A stretch of 64,000 bases of DNA from Chrysomallon squamiferum (Eukaryota > Animalia > Mollusca). Positions 11,560 to 23,998 of the stretch are shown here, in pieces (positions within the stretch are counted from its first letter, which is position 1; each line of letters opens with the position of its first letter). The notes below the pieces were generated by a model that was not told the DNA's origin, searched no databases, and worked only from the letters and a program-made list of their open reading frames with translations. The position numbers were made by a program, and so were the translations under genes. The stretch spans positions 40,548,001 to 40,612,000 of the forward strand of contig CM022665.1 of assembly GCA_012295275.1 (NCBI GenBank), read 5' to 3'.

Positions 11560-14190
11560 AAATTAAATCACTTAGATATTTGGCTTTACATAAATCCCGA
11601 TAAAAGAGAATATAGTAGAAAACACACCAAAGCAACTGAGGACTGATTACTTTTTAATATTTAAATCTTTATTCTGTGCAGAGAAACCAGTGTTACATCT
11701 AAAGCATTAAAATTTGTGGGAAATGTGAACAATAGTTATAAAACCGAGTGATCATAATTCCATTTCATTAAAAATTAGTTGTTTCTAAAATACAGAACAA
11801 GGTGTTTGGATTTTCAAAAATCAGTTACTAAATGACGAAGATTTCTGGAACGGTGTAGAACATATTAGTGAAGCAAAAAAATGTTCACTATTTTTATCTG
11901 AACCATTGGTTTGGCGGGACAATCTGAAATACAAAACTAAGTTTTAATTGAAAATGAACAATATTATGAAATACAAAATGCATATGAAAAAGAAAGTTGC
12001 AAAATTAACTTTAAATAATGACTGACAGCCAATACTGAAAATAAACAATGTGAAGCTGCAATTTTAAGATCAAAGGCAGACTTTTGGCTGGATAAAAAAA
12101 AAAAAATTCTAAATTTAAAAAATATATAAACAAGAACTTAACAATTAACGAATTAAATACTGATAACGGTTTGATTAACAACACAGATGACATACAAAAA
12201 GGATACCAGTTTTATTCAAAAGTATACATCAAAGAAAACACATAAGGAACAAGAAATCCTAAAATTAATTTCACATATAATAGATGACAATGACACAGAA
12301 TTTTATATCTGTAGATGAATTAATAGAAAAAACATGAATAAAAATAAATGTTCTGGTCAAGATGGTTTAACAATGGAGTTTTATCTAAAATTCTGGGATG
12401 TCATAAAACAAATATTTCATAAAATTATTGTAATTGTCAAAATTGTTGTATATATTAATCTATTCAACAAGGAAATAAAAATGATCTTAAAACTTAGACC
12501 AATAACTTCTAAATCTTGATTATAAAATTGTTGTTAAAGTGTTAGTGATACATTTGAAAAAAAAATTAAAAAAAAATAAAATAAAATTATCTCCCCTGAT
12601 CAATTGTAGAGAGAATAAATGACAATGTCAATAACAGAACAGATCTACCAGAACTCAACAGGTGGTGGTTACTTAATTGATCAAGAAAAAGCCTATGATA
12701 GAATATCAGTTTTGTATTAAGAGTTTGGAAAAAAAAAAATTTTTTAGGGAAAACTATTTCTTGGATAAACATTCTTTATGAAGACGTCAAAAGTAGTGTT
12801 AAAATTATATGGACATTTTTCGATCACTAGTGGTGTAAGAGGTGGTTGTCCAATTTCTATGCTGCTATATGCAGCAGCTGCTGAACCTTTAAATCTTAAT
12901 TAAAAGTAAAGATAATATTAATGGTATCGGAAACATGTACATTAATGTATCAGCATGTTGACAATACTACAGTTACAGTAAGTGACATTCAATCTGCAAA
13001 ATGTGTTTTACCCTGTCCAAGTTTTTTGTGTAAGTACTGGAGCAAAATTTAACACTGATAAACCAGGGTCAAATAAATTGACATTAAATGGAAAAGCTAA
13101 AGTTTGGAATATTTTATTTCATACAAAACTCTGGTATACAATAAGTGCATTCAATATACCAGTGGTTCAAAAACCAAATTCAGAAATGTTTTTCTAAGTT
13201 TAAGTAGGAAAACAAACCAGCTTAAATATACTATTAGAAAGAAAAAAAAATCAGGTTCAAATATTCAAGATGTTCAACTCAAAAAGATTCCTTTCTGAAT
13301 TAAATGAAAAAAGTATTTTGATGAATTTACAATGACATAATTTCTTTAAATAATACATGAATATAAATTTATCATATTTACAGAGAATTGACCCTTTTTT
13401 GAACAAAATTATTCATATGGGGTAGGTTTTTTACTCAAAGAGTAACAACAATTATTTCATAATCCTTTTGTCAAGCATGACAAAATGTTTATGAAATTTT
13501 TCATCAATTGTGTAATAACTTGCTGATATTACATATGGACATATTACCAGATTCCTTAATTTATCAGCAATAGCTGAAATATTTCAGGAAATGTCTCTTG
13601 AACTATCTTTTTACTCAGATTACATATGCTTATAAATTATTAAATTCACTTCAAGAATTAAAACAGAAGTTAGTCTATTACTAAAGAATAATACAATAAT
13701 ATGACAAATTTTTACTGTAAATTTTATCTATATAGTTTTTAATTTCCAAGTTATCTTAAACTTGAACAAGAGAAATATTCTGGCAAGACCAAGGATTCTA
13801 TATTCCCTGTATTATCTTTTGGAAAAAATTACATTACGTGGATAAAACATCTGAACTATACAAATATAGTATTGTTAATATAATCTGTGTTCTGTGTCAT
13901 CTAGAAGTAGAAGGTATGTTCCATTTGTTTTTATATTGTGATGAATTATATGACCTCATTTATTTTCAATAAAATATATACGTTTAGAGAAAAAAATAAT
14001 ATTAATCCTGGTATTTCCTCAGTTTTTTTGTTTTTTTTTTAAAGAGATTTCAGCTTTTCAGCCTTCATGTCTAAACTGAAAATTACCTTCTGTATAGAGT
14101 AACCAATCTTCAAGACAAGAGTATTAGAATTAAAAGGATCAAAAATCAATAATTAAATTGTTTAAATATTTCATACAAAAATACGCTAAA
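11560..14190 (+). mobile_element. Tx1/L1-clade LINE ORF2 remnant B (end of APE, RT, C-terminal zinc finger)
   Basis: QGVWIFKNQLLNDEDFW, NKCSGQDGLTMEFYLKFWD, LIDQEKAYDRI (~12674), GVRGGCPISMLLYAAAAEP (~12830) and CVLC.....MFHLFLYC (~13886); heavily decayed. Confidence 0.85.
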
Positions 14191-14199
14191 GCAAATTCC

Positions 14200-16370
14200 T
14201 TAAGCAGAATGGGATAGAACCGCCGGGATAGAGATTGCAAGAAAATTAACATTTGGCGGTAAGAAATTAATGTTATATCTCAGTAACATTTGGAGACAGG
14301 AATTACTACAAATTTAGACATGTGGGGTTAATGAGATCAATTAAGAGACACATGAAGATGGTAGCCAGAGTGGAGGTTGCAAGGAAATTAATGTTGTAAC
14401 GTAAGATTTGGAGACAGGAAATACTACCTATATAAACACCGTACAGTCACGATGCTTGTTATGTTTGATCATGGCTGCAAAGGGACAAATTTTGGATGGC
14501 AGAAAACCAGGTGCGGACCTCATACTTTGATACAGATGTGCACAGCAGATTACCAACAAGAATGGAACAGTACCAAGATCATATGGTACCACTTCAGGAG
14601 CGACATCCCTAGGATAAACAATTGTGAAGTTTACAACGTGTGACTAAATGTGCTTTCAAATTCTGGACAAAATACTGTTGAACAAAAGTACATCAATTAA
14701 GGTGACGGAACACCAATTAGAAGGGTGAGCAAGGAACAACTGGCTTGTCCAATTAAGATGTGTTATAATCTCACCTCCAGATTAAAGAATGCCAGAATCG
14801 GGAATAAACCATTTGAAACAGTACCCACAGTCCCATTTTTATATTGAGTACCCAAAATATTACAAATGATAAAAACTAATATACAATATAATGATGGAAC
14901 CGGTTTACTGAGTGGTAGTGTAGTTGATGCCCATTTGGATAATAAAAAAATTACAAAAACTAAATCTAAAGATGAAACTGATGATGATGACTATGAATAT
15001 TACAGTATTACAAGGCCAAAATCTCAAAGTAGGAAAGGTTGTTCTGTACTGTCTGCTTGATTTCAGACTTAGTACGATTACTGATTCTCCAAGTCCCATG
15101 CCTGCTACCAGAAGAAAGCGATCAATTAGACAATGGGCTGACACATTTGGAGAGGTCCTCCGCCAAGAAAGAGGAAATGATACAGATCTTATTAAAAGAT
15201 TACAAAGAGAAATAGAATCTAATGGTAGACGTTTAGATCAAATAGTAAAAACTAAAGCACCTGGTGCTGCAGCTATACCTACTAAAACAAAAGATTCTCC
15301 ATCTGGATGTTCTTGTATTTCAGTCCTTTTTGGTCAAAACTTAGGTGGTCGAGTTGATTCTTATTGTCCCATTCAACTTAGACATAACTCAGATTTAGAC
15401 AAAACAGGAGCAAAACGCATGGGGAGGGTTAACTTCAGGTCAAGCTCCTTGTACTAGTAAAGGTGATTCAGATAAGCCTTTTTTAAAGCCTATTAATAAT
15501 TCAGATAAACATCCTAAAAATCCCAATAAAAGGAGAAGACATCGATCTATAGGTTCAAGGTTAGATATCAGAGAACCAGAGAGATTTAGGCATAGACATC
15601 AAATATCTAATTGTAAAAATTCATTTCAACAATCTACTACAGCTTAATTATTTCTCCTAATCTGGAGAATATTGAAGACTAAAGAGTTACAACAACTCTT
15701 TTCTGGTCAATATATTGCTCCTATGATTAGGGGTTAAAAATAAGAATTATGATAGAAATAGAAAAGTATTTGACCGCTTATGCTAAAAAGGCCGATTTGT
15801 CTAAAAGTTATTTTAAAGTGGGCAACTAAGTTAGAAATCTTGAATGCTCTACCTACTGATGTTAAAACATTCTTAAAACAAAATCAAATACTTAACGTCT
15901 AGTTCAATACAAATTTGATAATCCAGCTAATCATAAACTAGACAACCGTTGGTTGTTCATGAAGAATCTAAAAATTGTCCTGAATACAACCATTTACATA
16001 TTGTTGCTAGAAAAACAGGTGAATGTCGTACTGTACATGCAAAGAATTTAGAGCAATGTACAGTGCTGGTTACAAGGCTGGATACGATATCCACACACAA
16101 GAAATCAATAATTTGGAAGATCTTAAATATTTTTAAAAGATCCAATGTAGGTTATACGTATTTTGGAACAAATTGTATATTGATTGAACTGCCACCTGAT
16201 AGTGATGATCAACCTATTCCAAATACTTAGATACACAAAGACATGTCAACTTCTGTACAAGAAGCAGATGAATGGGGCAGTGCTGATGTCTGGGATAATG
16301 TTGAACAAAAAAAAGAATGATTTCAGTGGACCATCATCTACCAGTAACGACTGACAACTTAGATTCAGTC
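14200..16370 (+). mobile_element. Endogenous parvovirus/densovirus-like element, copy 1 (upstream region, unidentified ORF remnants, N-terminal NS1/Rep with HUH motif)
   Basis: KWATKLEILNALPTDVK (~15818) and VVHEESKNCPEYNHLHIVARKTGECRTVH (15949-16040; HUH = HLH) are homologous to copy 2, which carries the SF3 Walker A. Upstream direct repeats and TATATAAA at ~14429. The left boundary is approximate. Confidence 0.65.
14230..14440 (+). promoter_or_regulatory. Duplicated upstream elements plus TATA box (putative viral promoter)
   Basis: gaaattaatgtt...atttggagacaggaa.tactac occurs at ~14263 and ~14383. gag.ttgcaag.aaattaa occurs at ~14231 and ~14373. tatataaa at 14429 precedes an ATG at 14452. 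Confidence 0.4.
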
Positions 16371-16399
16371 TGATGTGTCATGAATCCATGCCATCAGAA

Positions 16400-16725
16400 G
16401 AATTGATACCATTTACACTGTTACCCAGTAGCACAGTAGGAAGAGCAGGAAAAGATGAACACTTTGCATTTGAAAGTTGCATCGATAAAAGAATTATACT
16501 GTGGTACAAATCGCTGCAGTGATTAAGTGATGTGGGAGAGCTGGTTATAGACATCCACATTACAATGTTGGCATGTGGAACAGGCACCTGCGATGCAAGA
16601 GAATTTGCCACTTCTTGTGACAGCTTCAGGAATGATAATATTCATAGGTTTATGTTTTTCAGACCGATACAATCGGACATGGCAGCACCAGTTCCCTTGG
16701 TGGTGAGGAACTACCACTACTAGTA
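16400..16725 (+). mobile_element. Probable MULE transposase C-terminal fragment
   Basis: HPHYNVGMWNRH and NIHRFMFFRPIQ resemble the MULE P.F...LWN and HP.I..F.....Q segments; degenerate. Confidence 0.4.
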
Positions 16726-17959
16726 GTTCTCAGATATTCAATCATTTGTGACAGAACCTCATTAGTGCCTCTTTGCCAGGCTTGTTTTTATTCATAATTT
16801 TGTATTCTATGTAGTGAATTATATAATGTTCACAAAACACTTATATGATCATTTAAAGCAGAATGTCTGCTACATTTTATATTAAGTATATTATTGTATG
16901 TAATATTTAATTAGCTATCATGTATAATCATGTTATAATTCATATTTTTACAGTTCTTAAGTATTTACCTAATTAATGTCAGAAAATGAGGATAAATACA
17001 CAAAAAATAGAGCATATGCAGACGTCCATGGGCTCTTTAGAAGCTGTATTTATATAATTAGGGGAACTTCCATTATTTTATAAACTAAGAAACACTGGGA
17101 TCAAGGAATCAAAATTGGCATTTAAGTTGCAAAGTAAATTCAGAAAGGCTATAAATATTCGAGGAGCATTTCTAATAACATCTTTTGATCAGTGCGTCTT
17201 CTTGTGACACATTAACAAAGGACCACTCTGGCAATGGTAATTATGGTTTAAATTGTTTTTTTTTATTTAACATACATGTCGATTGATTGAAGATAGCTAC
17301 ATATTTTACTGTTCAATATTTTGCGTTATTCTGTGGTACGTACTTAACTAAGATAACACATTTCAACTAAAAGATTAGTTAGAAAGTTGAAGTAACCAAC
17401 TGTGCTTAATTAGTTCTGTATTATCTATCAACACCATTTGCTTTTAGATTGTATCGATTGAATCTTACAGTTAAATTATGTTACCACTGATGGTCAATTT
17501 ATGTGAAATGTACATATAAAACAATTATCTATATATAATTCTTGTTTGCATTATTATTCTCAAGTGGATACAAAAGGTTGTCTCCCATTCATTACACCTT
17601 GGTTTTGAAATAATGGACCTCACAATGACAAAAATATGTAGACAAGGCATTCCAGAGGTTAGAGCCAATCTTATCAGAAACATTGCGTACCACTGATAAA
17701 GAACATGATTGAGAGGGGGGACATTTTGGTCTAAGGTGGATGGTAATCTGAATGTTTATTGAATTGCTAGCCTAAAGGCATGCAGAGATATTCAACACAG
17801 AAGATGTGTTGGAGAAACTATATCCTGGATGAATTCCCGAATGGTTAAATCAGAAATCAAAGTAAGAGAATCCAGTAACAAAACATTTGAATAATGAAAA
17901 ATGTCATCTCATTGTGACACTGATAATGCACTGGCAGATTTTTCTAAAAAAAAATTGTT

Positions 17960-18530
17960 ATGCCCAAACTCTTCTTTCAGCTGTATACAATACACTCCAC
18001 AACTCCCAGATCATCTTGTGTTTATGCACTTCTGTCTAACAAGCAAGAGACAACATATAGTTAAGAACGCCAACAATGACCTCAACCCTGACAGTTCTCG
18101 GATTTTGAAATGGGAGCAATCAATGCCATTCGCGCCATGTTACCAGATGTTAATGTTCATGGAAGCCTGTATCATCCAGCCCAGTCCTCAGGATTACAGG
18201 AGTGCTATGCTGCAGATGCTGATGTACCCCTGTCTGCGACGTTCCCAGCACTGGCTTCGTTTCAGCTTCTGCAGGACTCACTGCCCAATGATACATGTCT
18301 CTGGCCTATCATGGATTATTTTGAGGATACGTTCATTGGGCATCCAGGTCGTCAGAACGGGTGAGGTCCCACATTTCCACACCACCTATGGAACCGTTAT
18401 GATCGTGTTGAAGATGGTCTACCTTTCTCCTGCTAGGATCTGGGTACGGTCCACCCCCTCAGCGATAGGTATACAGAGATACTGAGCAACACCTACAAAC
18501 ATTATCAATTCTTGTGGAAAGATGACATGC
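17960..18530 (+). mobile_element. MULE transposase fragment (second catalytic Asp to C-terminal region)
   Basis: DFEMGAINAIRAMLPDVNVHGSLYHPAQS, YFEDTFIG and PTFPHHLWNRYDRVEDGLP. Confidence 0.85.
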
Positions 18531-18639
18531 AAACTCGTGAAGCATTTCATAATTTCCCTTCTTTTAGCGAGACATTTTAAGTCGTTGCGTTCAGATCAGC
18601 TGCTTATGAAACACTGGTTTTCGCTGTAAATTTTATGGC

Positions 18640-19672
18640 TCGTCTGTTTCACGTGATTAATCGTTCAGCTAGGGTAGTATCAGGTGAAATCAAATGTGTC
18701 TATGGCTTGCACAACATACTGACTGATTGACCGACGGTTAGCCAAAAGTGTCTTACCTGTTACAATGTCATTTGAAGTGTGTCTTAATGTGAATCACTGT
18801 ATGTTTCATGCTGTCCATGTGCATGTGCTTAATTCAAACGAGTTACCTGTAGTCATTTAGCAAGTAAGCATAGGTGATCAACCAAATAAATTGGTCCAAA
18901 AAGACAACCAAAATTTATTAACAAGGAACTGGAATAATTAGTGGATAGTGTTAGTCTTCAACACACCATTTATGCCGAGTTCAGCAACTGAAACAAACAA
19001 GAATAAATGACATTACACCAGCACCATGTGGCAGCAAGAGCATGTGTGCAGATGAGTTGTTGAAGGAAGACAACCAAGAGATCCCCACTTTTTCCCCAGT
19101 GTCAAACAGTTCCATGTACTGACAGCGATGAACCACGAGGAAGAGTCAGTTGTCCTTCCTTTCTTACGGCCGGGCTTCATACTGCAGCAAGACAACTCCA
19201 GACCACATACTGCCAGAATCACTACGGACTTCTTTAACCACCATAATGTTCACGTGTTGCCATGGTCAGCACACTCCCCCAATATATCTCCCATTGAACA
19301 TCTATGGGACCAACTGGGAAGACAACCAAGACGTCAGCCACATCTACCAGCCAGTCTGCAGGAGCTGGCCCTACAAGAAGTGGACACCTATCCTAAATAT
19401 CATCCAACGTGTGACGTTTTCAACATGCAGCCAAGTACTGGCTTGCTTCAATGCCACGGAGGTCATACAAGATACTGAGTATGTTCCATTCACTATTGTG
19501 ATAAACTGTCGACTAAGATGATATCCCGATTTATATTTGCTTAGGGAATTTTCCATTCATAACCCCACATGTTTAATGTCGTTGAAGAGCGTTTGTGATG
19601 ACAATCCTGGGTGACAGAATCAATGCACATTTTACAGTTATTCTGGGTGGAAACTTTTTGTTACTTCAGTTT
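18640..19672 (+). mobile_element. Tc1/mariner DD34E transposon remnant
   Basis: QQDNSRPHTARITTDFFNHHNVHVLPWSAHSPNISPIEHLWDQLGR has exactly 34 residues between D and E; C-terminal GGHTRY. Boundaries approximate. Confidence 0.9.
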
Positions 19673-19679
19673 AGGTTGT

Positions 19680-20860
19680 TCGCTGGTCAACTAAATCAGA
19701 TACTTTAAATGCATTACCAAATGAAGTGAAACTAAACAAATCAAAGTCATTTTTGACTTCAACTGCCTGTGACGATATGAATTCGGACTACTTCAACGTG
19801 TGCAGAAAGAATCTTTACTTGCCATGCACAATGTGGTAACCGGAATTAACCGATGCACTCCTTATCAACATGCACATGTAGAAGAACAGGAGATGGACAT
19901 GCTATTCACCATGACACAGTTCAGAATGATGGAAAAACCAAGAAATTGGATAGCTACAATGAAGAAAGTTATTTCATCCGTGATTGCCCTTTGCAAGGTG
20001 ATCCTTACATTCTGGAAAATGTCAACTTAAGGAGAAAAACCTGGAATTCCTCAGGTGAGAAAGATCAACTTGGAACAATCTGACTTCATTCGAAACAAAG
20101 GGAAAAAAGAGGTTGTTGAACCTAAAAGAAAGAAGTTGAAATTTCAAGATCGAACTTGTCAACTTGCTGATGTTATTGAACAATTATTAGACAGACATCA
20201 CATGCTATGCCTGATAAAGAAATGACAATGTGTATTGGACAATCATGACAAAGCAAATGAAATTGTTGGAAAAGATGTTCCAGGTAAACTAGGTGGCTTT
20301 ACATATGTTAAAGTTCATACTAGTTATCAATGCATTACAAAACGATGCTATGGATAAAAGACAAACAAGAGTCTTTTATTGAAAATTTAAGATCTACTGA
20401 ATTAACATCAACTGCTGCTAATGGTCTTAAGACTGCCTCTCCTAAAGAATCAGCAACAAATTTTGTTCTTTGGTGTATACTTAATTAAGATCCAGTGAAT
20501 GTAGTAGCCAAAACTATTTTACAAAAATTGGATTTAAATAGAAGTTGTATATACATACAAGGTCCAACTACTATTGGAAAGTCTTATTGGTTCAGCTTCC
20601 AGAGCAAGCTACATCATCAAAGTACAAAAATAGAAGAACATGGGATACTTGAAATGACCATCTCAGGGATATCAATTCCTACGAACTCGACACCCAACCT
20701 GCATCACAAAACACCAAAGAACCTCCCAAACCAAGAGGACTACCACTGATCAGAGAATTGAACATGTAAATTGAAAGAAAACAACTTCGGAGCAAATGAC
20801 TACAAAGATTATGATCCACAAAAGAAAATGAAAGACCAACTATTAACGAAATCTCAGACA
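19680..20860 (+). mobile_element. Endogenous parvovirus/densovirus-like element, copy 2: degenerate NS1/Rep (HUH endonuclease + SF3 helicase)
   Basis: WSTKSDTLNALPNEVK, CTPYQHAH/CRRTGDGHAIH (HUH), basic PKRKKLK, then NFVLWCI..DPVNVVAKTILQKLDLNRSCIYIQGPTTIGKSYWF (SF3-type GPxxxGKS Walker A, ~20561-20584). Frameshifts and stops present. Confidence 0.75.
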
Positions 20861-20899
20861 TCTTATTTATACAGTTTCAAAATAATCTACAACTGTTTA

Positions 20900-23711
20900 T
20901 TATGACTGAGGTAACAGCATGAATATCAGACCACTGATCTACTTTGTTTTAGCAGTTCGACCAAATGGGACGAAGCCTGTCATACAGATGTACAAGATGT
21001 CAAACTATTACAGTAAAAAAATTAAACCTTTATTTTCAAAGTGCTCAACGTTTTAGAAAAAGAGGTTTTACCTTAGATTTTTTAAGGAGATTACGACTTT
21101 TCAGGTGTCATGCCTAAAGTGAAAATATCAATATTACCTTCTATAGACCAACAGCTGAATTGAAATCATAAAAGTAAACTTTTTTAAAACTATTTTGTAT
21201 GCAAATATTTGAAAAATTCTCCAGACAGTGGAAAATTTTACTAGTAAACATAGAAAATATTTATACAACTTCACAAGATGATCACTTAAAATAAAAACAT
21301 TCTCTTCAAGAACGATCATATTCAACAACTCAAACCAGCTAATAAAATACGGATACTTTAAACAAGTGAAAAGTGTGGCTATTTGTATTACCAGATTTGT
21401 AGTAGTTAAATATTTGTAAATAATGCCATAACTGAATATACATTTAAAAAAAAAAATGCCGCTTCTAGTTCGCACTTAGAATGGACACATTTTACCTTGG
21501 CTCCATAATTAGGAAATTAGATGTGTGTAGGCAAGTTTTTTTTTTTTAACTATTTGTTTTTTGATGTTTATTTTCCCAGAGGAACAACACAAGAAAATTC
21601 AAAAACTAATCTACAATGGAAATAATGCTGGACAAAGATAAAATGAGCTTATAGATTTTGTCATCAGTATACTGGAGAAATCTTAGCTTGCATGACAAGA
21701 GGAAATGTTCATCAAATCACCTTAGAAGATGAGAAACTAAACCTTTTGTCAAGAGGGTGAAATGACTGCTATAATGAAGAGGCTAGTTTTTTTTATGAAG
21801 ATGAAATGAAGATATAAACATCAAAGTTATGGAGAGTTGCAGTTTCATTTATGCACCTGTTTAGTGATGCAATTTATAAAACAAAACCATGAACACATTA
21901 TCACCAGTCGGTAGAAAATATGAGAAAAATATAACAAATGCATAAGATATCTAAAATTTATATTCCCAGGATTGAAGAGTTTGCCTTGGTCTACGAAATT
22001 TGAGACCATAGAAGGCTGCAGTATTTTCAAGTGATTCACAATGCAAGTGAAAACAAACCTGATGAAAGATCAAGATTACTGAATGTAGGGCAAATGCTCA
22101 CCTTTTAATTTTATTATTTTATTAATGAATAATAAAAGTAAATTTTTTAAAGGCACAACTTCAAAGTTGTGTTTGTTAATTATACAATTCACTTCCTGTG
22201 ATTGTTTAAGGAGGCAGTTACTTCTGATTATGAATAACAAAGGGATAAAACTCATTTCTGGTGGTTCATGCACACATGCCTTAAGTGATTACACAGGGGT
22301 TACAGCTTTCAATTTCAAACAGTGAATGTTATGAATGACTAATTTTGCATACATTTTAATGTACAGTTTAAATTTATATTCAAATTGTAAGAATTAATGA
22401 ATTTCACATCCAATATTTTCAAAGCGTTTCTCATGACAGGTGTCCCGAAGCAATGTGGAGATATTTTGAAGAAAAATGGCTGTGGATTGTCAGATATTTC
22501 TTCTACATCAGTCACTCTGAAACTTTATACACTATTGAAAAACTAGAAGCTTAATCATTCAGTGTACTTTCATTTTTTAATGGCAAACTGAAAAACAAAT
22601 GTGAGAAGAATAAAAAAACAAACAACCTTAGTGAGCTAAACCCAGCTGTGTCTAAAACATTTAGAATATGGGACTGCAGGCAATAAATATTCCCGATATG
22701 TGCCAGAAATCAGTCTTCCATTAAAGCGCCATTACAGCAACTGCATGAAAAAATATCTTGATTTTTCATCCACTGCAATCCAGCCTTTTTTTAATTTAGA
22801 AAAACTAGTGACAATGCCTGGAAATCAAGAGGAAAGTCTCTGCCCAGACTAATGGAGAAAGACTAAAGCATAGGATCACCCAACCATCTCATTTTCTGAC
22901 AGAGCCGCATCAACCACAAAGCACAAGAGAAAGGGCCATGGCTGATACCACGATCATTCAAGACAAACAGGACTGGCTAGATTATGAACAATCATCATCC
23001 AACAAAAAAATTTAAAATACTTAACAGTATGAAGAAAACAGTTTTAAAATTATTGTTTTTTAGTGAGAAAATATGGACAGGAAAACGTTTACCTTTACTT
23101 ACAGCTTTGTCTTGTAGTACACAGGTTCCTTTCAATTTTTTGTGTTTACTATTGTAGCTTATAAATTACATTAGTTCCAACTCAATTGATCAATTCATAG
23201 ACCCAGAACCAACTGTACTGAAAGGGATGCTGATATAAATGTTTAGTAAATTACTTGGAATAAATGAAAATGGTTAAGATGATAGACTTCATATTTAATT
23301 ATGTTGAGATGGGAATTTATAGAACAATGGGTTTATTTTGAACTCAAATGAGATCTCCGATTTAAAGTTGAACCTACTAAACAGGGAAGCATTTTACAGT
23401 TTTGTATCATTAAAATCAGCACAGCCAATGAACACCTGCCTAGAACCACAGATCTTAAAAAAGTAAAATAAAAGTAAAAAAACACTTCATACTGTGGAGA
23501 AAAACCTTCAAAAACCTGCCTCAACATTACAATCCTAAATGCTGACTGCTGGTTTTTGAAGAAATTGTGAATAAACAAAACTTCAGGTAAATTTGCTTGT
23601 GTTTGTACAGATGCAGTGCAATGAACTTTTGTATAACATTTGTGTATGTAACTATGAGAAATGTTTGATAGTAATTTTAGGTTTTTTTTAGCCATAAAAG
23701 GTTGACCTTAA

Positions 23712-23750
<39 letters not shown>

Positions 23751-23966
23751 GAACATTAATCAGAAATCCATTTCAGAAATCTGATTTCTGCAACATGCCC
23801 AACCTCATACCAGCTTTATAAGCCAACAGATAAAGACATTTTTCAGTACAACTTCTATACTATTTCTAAATTAAATGTAGAAAGTACAGCAGCAGCAGAG
23901 AAAATCAACTTTTGAATATCTGGATTTAACAAATTCAGTGTCATTTTGAAACCAGTGTTTTTGAAG

Positions 23967-23998
<32 letters not shown>

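Noticed and set aside
21845-22039. NPGN in a minus-strand ORF as a possible parvoviral VP1 PLA2 motif (ambisense capsid gene)
   Set aside because: It lacks the YLGPGN and HDxxY motifs; no evidence for a capsid gene.
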